A stretch of 64,000 nt of DNA from Blastocystis sp. Blastoise (Eukaryota; Protista; Bigyra: Opalinata). Where the stretch lies: contig JBBPEB010000028.1 in NCBI GenBank assembly GCA_039096225.1, positions 372,001 to 436,000 on the forward strand. The letters run 5' to 3'. Position numbers and translations under genes: made by a program. How positions within the stretch are numbered: position 1 is the stretch's first letter; each line of letters starts with the position of its first letter. The notes below the pieces were generated by a model, which was given only the letters and a program-made list of their open reading frames with translations, was not told the DNA's origin and searched no databases. Shown one piece after another: positions 31,101-40,458 of the stretch.

Positions 31101-34100
31101 TCTATTACTGTGATTATTCATCCTTATGATCTATACTATGTCTATTACTGTGATTATTCATCCTTATGATCTATACTATGTCTATTCCCGTGATTATTCA
31201 TCCTTATGATCTATACTATGTCTATTACTGTGATTATTCATCCTTATGATCTATACTATGTCTATTCCCGTGATTATTCATCCTTATGATCTATACTATG
31301 TCTATTCCCGTGATTATTCATCCTTATGATCTATACTATGTCTATTCCTGTGATTATTCATCCTTATGATCTATACTATGTCTATTCCCGTGATTATTCA
31401 TCCTTATGATCTATACTATGTCTATTCCTGTGATTATTCATCCTTATGATCTATACTATGTCTATTCCCGTGATTATTCATCCTTATGATCTATACTATG
31501 TCTATTCCCGTGATTATTCATCCTTATGATCTATACTATGTCTATTACTGTGATTATTCATCCTTATGATCTATACTATGTCTATTCCCGTGATTATTCA
31601 TCCTTATGATCTATACTATGTCTATTCCCGTGATTATTCATCCTTATGATCTATACTATGTCTATTACTGTGATTATTCATCCTTATGATCTATACTATG
31701 TCTATTCCTGTGATTATTCATCCTTATGATCTATACTATGTCTATTACTGTGATTATTCATCCTTATGATCTATACTATGTCTATTACTGTGATTATTCA
31801 TCCTTATGATCTATACTATGTCTATTACTGTGATTATTCATCCTTATGATCTATACTATGTCTATTACTGTGATTATTCATCCTTATGATCTATACTATG
31901 TCTATTCCCGTGATTATTCATCCTTATGATCTATACTATGTCTATTCCCGTGATTATTCATCCTTATGATCTATACTATGTCTATTCCCGTGATTATTCA
32001 TCCTTATGATCTATACTATGTCTATTACTGTGATTCTATGTTCTCACGATTCTTTCATATTTATTAATTTAATATTTCTTTATTTCTATATTTTCTTATG
32101 TTTTATTCTCTTTTAATAGTTCACTAATATTTATTATTTGTAGAGTATTATTAATTTACATTATTTCCTTTTAGGTGCTTCCGATGGTCACAATAAATCT
32201 TCGAGAACGGAGTTGAAATTTACTAACTGTTCTTCAATAATTAATGTTAGAGCGAAAAGTGATTCAAAAGAAAACGAAAACTTTGAAAATCATACTATAC
32301 GCCATAAAAGGAAATCAAAACTTCAAGTGATATCAAAAATTTTAGCTTCGTGTTTAGATGATGATGATTCAGAATCTGACAGTATGTGATATTTTAGTTA
32401 TTTATGTTTTTCTTTATTTTTTACCATAATATTTTTATTTAATAGCTTATAATATACTTTAAAGATACAATTATGTGTTTTACATGCTTTATATATATAT
32501 ATATATATATCAGTTTATATGAACTATTTACTATATATATATATATTGTTTTCTTAATCTTATTCATACATTTCTTTACTCTTTAATAATGGTAATTATT
32601 TGTTGTTTTTATAGCTCCCTTTAAAACATATTATAAAAGTAGGAGAGAAAAAATGCCAAAAAACACTTTCATACATAAAAAAGAATTTATTAACTTTAAT
32701 AATAGGAATGATATAAATGATTATCATGACCAATGTGCTATTAGTAATGAGATTAGTTTTAGTGACGATCTTAACCATGAACAAAGCCAAATTGACGAAA
32801 ATGACAAAACAGCACATATTAGTGATACTAATTTCGATAACAATATACCAAAATTTATAGTAAACGAAAATAATACTTTGAACAGTAACTGCCTTGAAGA
32901 CAACACGAGTGAGTATACCCAATTCTTAGATATATATGATATTACTCAACATCAATCAGAAAATAGTGACAAAAATGTATCGACAATTGGTAATATTAAT
33001 AATCAAAATATGAATGACGACTCTGATCAAGTAATGTTGCAAGAATCATGTTTGGATGATTTTGAAACAAATAATAATAATATTACTTTTCATATGGAAG
33101 ACATAGACATAGATGTTGACAGCAGAATGCAAGACCATATAACGGAAAATAACGACAATTACGTAAATGAAAATCATAACATTTTCTTAAATGATTCAGA
33201 ACAATTTCAGATATTAAATGATCTTGATAATATAATGGTTGATACTAATACTGCTTCAAATATAACTAATGATGAAATATTATTACCAACAGAGGAAACT
33301 CATGATAATCGATCAAATGAAAATTTATTTACCATGTATACAATGTCTAATGAAAATAATCATGGTATATTTTGTTCTATTACTAAATTGCTTTTCATAA
33401 AGATATAATATAATTATATATTTAGAAACTGGTATCAGCTCTCAGGAATCAGAAGAAGACACAATAATAGCAATAATTAACCCATTACCAAATATTTTGT
33501 GTTCATCGAAACTAAGTATGCTATCTCAATCAATTAACATATATATTCACTTTTTATTTTTAATCCCCAAATATATAACTATTTTTTATATATAGGAAGC
33601 TCATATCAATTAATTGATGAAAATGATTATAAGTATGAATATTATGATTTGGGTAAAATGATATTTAAATGTCCATGTTGTAATGGTTTACATTTTGAAC
33701 ATGAACGTAATCGTTTTGTATGGACTATAAACTATGATACAACATTTTTTGAAGAACCATCAAATTCATATAATGACACAATAAATAATACAACAATATA
33801 TACAAAAAGAAGGAAACAATGGACACTTGACACAGAAGAGAATATTTTATTAAAGAATAGTCAGTATAGTGGTTGTTGTCGTAATGGAAAGGTACGTTTA
33901 GGTTCATTATCAGAGCCAGATATATCAATACAAAATTTATTGAATGATAATACAGATTCTTCAAAACAATTTAAGAAAGATATTCGTAGATATAATAATT
34001 CAATAGCTTTTGCTTCTATGTCATGTACTGATACACAAACAAGATTAGATAATAATGGAATATATTTCTATAAAGTACATGGAAATATATATCATTCTAT

Positions 34101-37100
34101 GGCAGATTTATATCCTCCTGAAGGTATTACTCCTAATTATAATCAAATATATATTTATGATCAAGAAGAAGCTTTTCAACTTCGATCAAATAATCAATAT
34201 TATGATAATTTGAATACAGAAATAATGAGAGTATTACATAATTCATTATTAAATAATGAATTAATGAATGCTTTTAAGACATTACATGAAGAAGTAACTA
34301 CTGCTACAACTAATAATAATAATCTTCATATATCACAAGTAGATGTTTCATTAAAATTCAAAACATTACATTCAGATGATCAAAGAAGATATAATACTCC
34401 TTCTGCTTCTCATGAAATAGCACTTATTGTTCCTATTAATTCTATGGAAACATTTCCTCATACTGAATTTAGATGTTATCCAAGAATTCATCTTAATAAT
34501 AATACAAATCATATGAATATGAATGAAGAAATAAGACAACATTTTACAAGAATGAAATATGATAATCCATTTTGTGATCCTATGGTTTATCCTATATTTT
34601 ATCCCACAGGAATTCCATTATTTATTCTTGCATCTAAAAGTGAGTTAAGAAGAAATCCTAATTATATTCCAAGAAGAAATAATAATATAGAAATACATTC
34701 TCAAATCAATTCAAATACAATAGAAAATACTAATATTCAAGTAGAACAAATAGAGAGAGAATCTAATAGAAATAGTAGATATAATAATAGAAATCAATTA
34801 TTAGATAATGAAGAAGATGAAATAGATAATGAGGATAGAGAGTCTTCAAGACAAACTCATGATGATTTTTCAAAATCAATTACTTTATTAGCTAATTATC
34901 AACAATTTAATAATGAAGGATATCCTATAGATTTAATAGGAAATCCTGTATATGAGAAATCATCTTTTACATTAAAGGATTTTTATTCTTTTCTTTGTTT
35001 TCCTAGATCATTTCCTAATAAGAATTATTTCTTATCAGGAGGAAAATTATTCTTACAATATATTGTAGATGCTTATTCTAAAATAGAAGAACAACGATTA
35101 TCATTTATAGAAATGAATCAATCAAAATTAAGAGCAGAATCTTATAATGTATTACGACAATATAATCAAAGAAGAAGAGAACAAGTAATAGATGAAGAAG
35201 TAGCAAATGGAATAGGAAAACCTATTATATTAAATAGTGGTTTTGTAGGAGGACCAAGATATATGAAAGGAGCTTATTTAGATGCAATGACAATAGTAAG
35301 ATATTATGGTAAACCAGATTTTTTTATTACTTTTACATGTAATCCAAAATGGAAAGAAATAGTAGATAATTTATATCCTAATCAAGAAGCATGGGAAAGA
35401 CCTGATTTGGTTTGTAGAGTATTTGCAATTAAATTGAAATATTTATATCATTTATTAAAAGATGAGAATGTATTTGGTAAAGCACAAGCTATTACTTATA
35501 CTGTTGAATTTCAAAAGAGAGGATTACCTCATGCTCATATCTTATTGAATGTTGAACAACAAGATAAAATACATGATATTAATGAACTTGATTCTATTAT
35601 ATGTGCTTATCTTCCTGATGAAGAAAAGAATCCTAGATTATTTAAAATAGTAAGTACAATGAATATACATGGTCCTCATGTATCTAATTCTCCATGTTTA
35701 GATTCTCATGGAATATGTAAGAAAGGATTTCCTAAACCATTTCAAGAATGTACTACAATTCCTAATGATTCTTATCCTTTATATTTTAGACCAAATGATG
35801 GAAGAAAAGTAGTATTTCATCGTAATAATGGTGATTTAGAAGCTACTAATGAATATGTTGTTCCATATAATCCATATTTATCACTCAAATTAGAAGCACA
35901 TATTAATGTTGAAGCAGTTTATAGTTTACATACAGTAAAATATCTATATAAATATACAACAAAAGGTCATGATTCAATGAGAGCAGAATTATCAGCTTCT
36001 TCAAATGAAACAAATAATAATGAAGTTAAACAATATTTAGATGCAAGATATATATCATCAACTGAAGCAGTTTGGAGAATATTAGGCTTTCCTATAGTAC
36101 AATCAAATATAGCTGTTCAAATATTATTGATTCATGATGAGAATGATAAGAATATAGTATATACAGATGGTTCAGAAGAACAAGCAGAAGAAATACAAGG
36201 AAATAAATTATCTATGTTAGAAGCATATTTCAAAGTAAATGATGATTTAAATAATCATTTATATGTTCCTACTTTAGAAGAACCAGAGTTTATGACATAT
36301 GATATGTTTCCTCAATATTATACATGGTGTAAAGGAGAACATATATGGAAACCAAGACAAAAGAATTCGAAGACACTTGGAAGAATACCTTATATAAATC
36401 CAACTAATAAAGAAGCATTTTGTTTAAAATTATTATTAACTCATGTAAATAGACCAACAAGTTTTGAATCATTAAGAATATATGATCGAGAATTACCTTA
36501 TCCAACTTATGAAGGAGTATGTATAGCAAGAGGATTATTAGATGATACTAATGAATATAGACATATATTAGATGAAGTAATGCATGATTGTCATCCTTCT
36601 CAATTACGATTAGTATTTGCTTTATTATTTGTATATTATAATATTACTGATAAAGCAATGGATTTATGGAATGAATTTAAATATGAAATGATTTCTGATA
36701 TATATTATCAATATACAATAGATCATTTTACTATAAATGAACGTATTAATCATTCTCTTTCAACTGATCCTGATATTATTGATCAAGATCCTATTGTAAT
36801 CAATTATTGTTATCCAAGAGCTTTATATAATATCAAAACATTAATAGAATCAAATGGAGGTAAATATACTAATATGCCTACTATTCAATATACTTCACAT
36901 TTTAATCCTAATAGTGGTGTTTCAACATTAGAATTTTATGATTTTGATGTTGCACATAGAGAAGCAGAAAGAAATTATCAAATGTTAAATAGAGAACAAA
37001 AAGAAATATTTGATAGAATTATGGTATCTGTTAATAATACTCAACCTCATAATAATAATATGTTCTTTATTGATGGTCCTGGTGGAACTGGAAAAACATT

Positions 37101-39163
37101 CTTATATAATACTTTGATCAAGATGATTCGTACAAGAGAAAAATCTGTATTAGCTGTTGCATTCACAGGAATAGCAGCTACTTTATTATCAGGAGGAAGT
37201 ACTTCTCATTCTGTATTTGGATTACCACTTGATCTGAATGAAATGTCTATTTCACATATAACAAGAAGTAGTGCAAAAGCAAATGATTTAAGAAAAGCTG
37301 CTATTATTATTTGGGATGAAGCACCTATGGCTTCTATTTATGCTTTAGAAGTTCTTGATAATTTATTACATGATTTATTTAGTTCAATAGATTCTGAAGA
37401 TCCATGTCTTCAATATCCTTTTGTTGGTAAAACTATTGTTTTAGGTGGAGATTTTAGACAATGTTTACCAGTAGTTAAAAATGGAAATGAATCATCTACT
37501 GTTGGTGTATGTTTGAAAAGATTTAAATATTGGAATAATTTTATACAATGTCATTTAGTTCAGAATATGAGAGCAGATAGAGATGCTTTAGATTTTAAAG
37601 AATGGTTAATGAAAGTAGGAAATGGTGAACGATTAAATAATGAATCTGATTTGAATGATAATATTGTAGAAATACCTTCACAATGTATAAGTACAGAAAA
37701 TTTATATAAAGAGATATGGGAGAATATACTTCATAATAGAAATATTTTGTCAGAACAACATAGAAAAGATTTATCTGAGAATTGTATTTTATGTTGTACG
37801 AATGAAGATACTTTTGGTATAAATGAGAAAGTATTAGATTTAATACCTTCTTCAGAATCAGAAAAAATATATTATAGTTTTGATACTTTAGAAGATGAAA
37901 TAGTTAATGATTCTGAAAGAGCTGCTTATTCTCCTGAATTTCTTAATACTCTTCTTCCTCAAGGATTTCCTCCTCATAAATTAAGATTAAGAAAAGGATG
38001 TATTATTATGTTATTGAGAAATCTTAATATAAAGAAAGGTTTATGTAATGGAACAAGATTAGTTGTTCTTGAAACATTAAATAATGTTATTCGTGCTCAA
38101 TTATTAAATAAACCAGATAATTTATTACCTGGTGAAGATATTGTATTTATTCCAAGAATTAGTTTAATTACTTCAGATGATTCACTTCCTACTAAGATGA
38201 GAAGAAAACAATTTCCTGTTCGATTAGCTTTTGCTATGACTATTAATAAATCACAAGGTCAAACATTTAAAAATGTTGGATTATATTTAAAGAGACCTGT
38301 ATTTAGTCATGGTCAGTTATATGTTGCTTTTAGTAGAGTTCGTTCTTTTAATGGTTTACATATTTATGCTGAAAATTGTAATAATAATAATCAAGGACAT
38401 CTTAGTAAAGACTATCCTAATAAGGTATTTACGACTAATTGTATTTTTGATGGAGTTTTAAATTAGTTATTGTTTTATTTATTGTTATTCTATTGTTTGA
38501 TTACTTTTATATTTTATTCTTTGTTTACATAATTTTTTTTTATTTGTTATTTTTCGCTTTTCAATTTTTATTTGTTGTTTTTAAAAGTTAAATATAAAAT
38601 ATTCTATTGTTTTGTTAAACTTATATACCAAAAACTAAAACTAGATATTCTAAAAATAAAACTCAAGCGTAGGCCTGCGTAGGCAGGCCGTGAAACGCTT
38701 GTATATATTATTATATTATTATATTATTATATTTTTATAATATTATATTATTAAAATATTATATTATTATAATATTATATTATTATATTATTATATTATT
38801 ATATTATTATATTATTATATTATTATATTATTATATTATTATATTATTATATTATTATATTATTATATTATTACAGGTACAACTAATATAAATCAAGAGA
38901 AATTTCTAAATGTTGTTGCAATTATAGAACATAAGCCATATTTGTATTGCATATATAATGTTACATATTGTGGTGAGACATCAGATTCAATTGCATATGT
39001 TATATATGACTGTATGCTAAGAATAGGTGTGAATAAAGTCAAGGGAATAGTGTCTGATAATTGTGCCGCTAATATATCAAGTCGTGAAAAACTTATTGAA
39101 AAAATCAGAAACGCTCAGAATCAATTAAGAAATAATAGTTCACAGATACCACAATATGAACCA

Positions 39164-39194
<31 letters not shown>

Positions 39195-40361
39195 ATTGCT
39201 TTCATTATTTATATTAATTTATTTATACATATCGTTATTAGTTAAATTATTTATATATATGTAGACACCAAAACTGATGATATGTCTAATGAAAATATAC
39301 TGCCATTAGTTTCTTGTCATGATTCTTTCTGTAATAATATTAACGAATTGTATTTTTTTGGATGTGCTTCACATATGGGAGAGCTGTTACTAGGTGACTT
39401 TATTAGTTCTGAAGACTTTCCTAGACACTATTATTCCCCAATGAATATAGTTAATAAAGTTAATGCTATTTCTATATATTTTAAATATCATGTTGCTGAT
39501 AGAGTTGAATTATGTATTGAAGCTGGTCATAACTATTGTGATAATACTCCTAAATTGTATTGCCCGACCAGATGGTGGTCAGAGTACTCTTCATTAAAAT
39601 GGCTACTTGATCATAAAGATCAATTGCAAAATTATGGATCCAAACATAAAGAAGAAAAAAATAAAGATTTTATTATTAGTCTAAACGATAATTCATTTTG
39701 GAAGTCTTGTGTTTCTATATTTGATATTCTAGTTATATGTAAAAATTCTGTTGAAAAGCTTGAAGCTAATGGATCTTCAATTTCAGATGTCTACTTTTAT
39801 TATAAACAGTTTATACATGTTAGTAATGAATCTATGTATAAGGAAATATTTGATAGGTGTTTATCCAAAAGAAAATACTTTTATACTCACCAATTGTACA
39901 TTTTGGCATATTACCTTAATATTCAACATAAAAATGAAATAATAAATAATCCAGATGATGTGCAAGCTATAATGGAATATTTACAAGAATCAGATAATAG
40001 AGAGTTGTATTCATCATTTCTTAATTATGCACATAATGATGGAGTTTTCATACAAAATCAAATTATCAACTGCCTAAATTATAATAACAATAAGATGTAC
40101 TGGCAGACTGTAAATTTCTTTGAGAAGAGCTTGTCTTCTCTAGCATTGCTACTTGATGATGCTCCTTCGTCGAGTGGTTTTTCCGAGAGAGTATGGTCAC
40201 AGTTACTTCTTGTTCAAACTAAGCTTAGAAACCGTTTAAGTTTCAGTAAAACTGCAAAAATATTATTCATAAGATGTAATCTTCCATATGTTGATTCTTC
40301 TGAGTCTTCATTCATGAACAGTGATAATATCGATATTGATGAGCTTTTTAATCCCGAATAG
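15698..40361 (+). CDS. hAT transposase, 4 exons (15698-16046, 16085-16270, 38877-39167, 39265-40361), 640 aa
   Basis: BED-like CPIC...HL...H; PFSQVEN; catalytic D in LSFDG|TTN spanning the large intron; VSDNCAAN; CASH; TRWWS; SSGFSERVWS and RNRLS dimerisation region. Exons total 1923 nt with no internal stop. Confidence 0.88.
22419..25396 (+). mobile_element. Shorter non-autonomous Helitron (2978 bp) nested in the 19183-26381 copy
   Basis: Same 5' terminus at 22419; hairpin and CTTG end at 25396; its flanks rejoin to match the uninterrupted sequence in the minus-strand copy. Confidence 0.88.
25360..25396 (+). terminator. Helitron 3' terminal hairpin (rolling-circle termination signal)
   Basis: CAAGCGT-A-GGCTGGC-GTA-GCCAGTC-GTGAA-ACGCTTG. 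Confidence 0.85.
25705..25966. repeat. (GAAATA)n hexanucleotide repeat inside a non-autonomous Helitron
   Basis: About 43 units; equivalent (TATTTC)n tract at about 40900-41175 in the inverted copy. Confidence 0.95.
26345..26381 (+). terminator. Helitron 3' terminal hairpin
   Basis: 37-mer identical to 25360-25396. Confidence 0.85.
26559..33648 (+). CDS. Putative upstream exons of the RepHel gene (low-complexity N/D/S/E-rich extension, up to about 685 aa)
   Basis: Phase-1 exons 26559-26583, 26674-27087, 27142-27189, 27235-27282, 27503-27538, 27651-27689, 27778-27813, 27915-28076, 28194-28340, 32175-32381, 32615-33364, 33426-33515, 33596- join in frame with RepHel. One candidate exon (27358-27424, 67 nt) breaks the frame unless skipped. 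Confidence 0.6.
28471..32030. repeat. Minisatellite: 89 x 40 bp, TGATTATTCATCCTTATGATCTATACTATGTCTATT[ACT|CCT|CCC]G
   Basis: Exact 40-bp period; only two positions vary; lies in the predicted intron 28341-32174. Confidence 0.97.
33649..38466 (+). CDS. Helitron RepHel protein (HUH Rep + Pif1-family SF1 helicase), main exon
   Basis: N-terminal LGKM..CPCC..HF..E...CC; Rep motifs PDFFITFTCNPKW, VEFQKRGLPHAHILL, KYLYKYTTKG; helicase motifs DGPGGTGKT, IWDEAPM, GGDFRQCLPV, GLCNGTRL, QFPVRLAFAMTINKSQGQT, HGQLYVAFSRV. No AP-endonuclease domain, so canonical Helitron1-like. Confidence 0.97.
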   Translation: MGKMIFKCPCCNGLHFEHERNRFVWTINYDTTFFEEPSNSYNDTINNTTIYTKRRKQWTLDTEENILLKNSQYSGCCRNGKVRLGSLSEPDISIQNLLNDNTDSSKQFKKDIRRYNNSIAFASMSCTDTQTRLDNNGIYFYKVHGNIYHSMADLYPPEGITPNYNQIYIYDQEEAFQLRSNNQYYDNLNTEIMRVLHNSLLNNELMNAFKTLHEEVTTATTNNNNLHISQVDVSLKFKTLHSDDQRRYNTPSASHEIALIVPINSMETFPHTEFRCYPRIHLNNNTNHMNMNEEIRQHFTRMKYDNPFCDPMVYPIFYPTGIPLFILASKSELRRNPNYIPRRNNNIEIHSQINSNTIENTNIQVEQIERESNRNSRYNNRNQLLDNEEDEIDNEDRESSRQTHDDFSKSITLLANYQQFNNEGYPIDLIGNPVYEKSSFTLKDFYSFLCFPRSFPNKNYFLSGGKLFLQYIVDAYSKIEEQRLSFIEMNQSKLRAESYNVLRQYNQRRREQVIDEEVANGIGKPIILNSGFVGGPRYMKGAYLDAMTIVRYYGKPDFFITFTCNPKWKEIVDNLYPNQEAWERPDLVCRVFAIKLKYLYHLLKDENVFGKAQAITYTVEFQKRGLPHAHILLNVEQQDKIHDINELDSIICAYLPDEEKNPRLFKIVSTMNIHGPHVSNSPCLDSHGICKKGFPKPFQECTTIPNDSYPLYFRPNDGRKVVFHRNNGDLEATNEYVVPYNPYLSLKLEAHINVEAVYSLHTVKYLYKYTTKGHDSMRAELSASSNETNNNEVKQYLDARYISSTEAVWRILGFPIVQSNIAVQILLIHDENDKNIVYTDGSEEQAEEIQGNKLSMLEAYFKVNDDLNNHLYVPTLEEPEFMTYDMFPQYYTWCKGEHIWKPRQKNSKTLGRIPYINPTNKEAFCLKLLLTHVNRPTSFESLRIYDRELPYPTYEGVCIARGLLDDTNEYRHILDEVMHDCHPSQLRLVFALLFVYYNITDKAMDLWNEFKYEMISDIYYQYTIDHFTINERINHSLSTDPDIIDQDPIVINYCYPRALYNIKTLIESNGGKYTNMPTIQYTSHFNPNSGVSTLEFYDFDVAHREAERNYQMLNREQKEIFDRIMVSVNNTQPHNNNMFFIDGPGGTGKTFLYNTLIKMIRTREKSVLAVAFTGIAATLLSGGSTSHSVFGLPLDLNEMSISHITRSSAKANDLRKAAIIIWDEAPMASIYALEVLDNLLHDLFSSIDSEDPCLQYPFVGKTIVLGGDFRQCLPVVKNGNESSTVGVCLKRFKYWNNFIQCHLVQNMRADRDALDFKEWLMKVGNGERLNNESDLNDNIVEIPSQCISTENLYKEIWENILHNRNILSEQHRKDLSENCILCCTNEDTFGINEKVLDLIPSSESEKIYYSFDTLEDEIVNDSERAAYSPEFLNTLLPQGFPPHKLRLRKGCIIMLLRNLNIKKGLCNGTRLVVLETLNNVIRAQLLNKPDNLLPGEDIVFIPRISLITSDDSLPTKMRRKQFPVRLAFAMTINKSQGQTFKNVGLYLKRPVFSHGQLYVAFSRVRSFNGLHIYAENCNNNNQGHLSKDYPNKVFTTNCIFDGVLN
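38664..38701 (+). terminator. Helitron 3' terminal hairpin, autonomous variant
   Basis: CAAGCGT-A-GGCCTGC-GTAG-GCAGGCC-GTGAA-ACGCTTG, about 200 bp after the RepHel stop. Confidence 0.87.
38702..38873. repeat. (TTATATTA)n 8-bp repeat; remainder of the original hAT intron 2
   Basis: Lies between the Helitron 3' end and the acceptor ttacAG at 38876. Confidence 0.85.
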
Positions 40362-40458
40362 ACAATATTTAATAATACTCTTAACTTTCCATATAAATAT
40401 TCTCCCAATTCTTATTTTATTTTATTTTATTTTTCATTATTTATGTAATAAATGTATA

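Larger units (their letters stand above)
16274..38701 (+). mobile_element. Autonomous Helitron (about 15.2 kb excluding nested copies) inside hAT intron 2
   Basis: 5' end TTAATATCCTTAATTTAGTTCATGTAGCGTACGG; encodes RepHel; 3' hairpin GGCCTGC-GTAG-GCAGGCC then ...CTTG at 38701; inserted gta^tatat with no TSD. Confidence 0.9.

Noticed and set aside
28471-32030. CRISPR array
   Set aside because: Units are head-to-tail with no unique spacers, there are no cas genes, and the context is eukaryotic; it is a minisatellite.
33649-38466. Helentron/Helitron2 or cellular Pif1 gene
   Set aside because: An HUH Rep domain is present, no C-terminal endonuclease or subterminal inverted repeat pair is evident, and insertion is at A^T.
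38942-40361. Stand-alone truncated hAT pseudogene
   Set aside because: It joins in frame with 15698-16270 through canonical splice sites to give a complete ORF.
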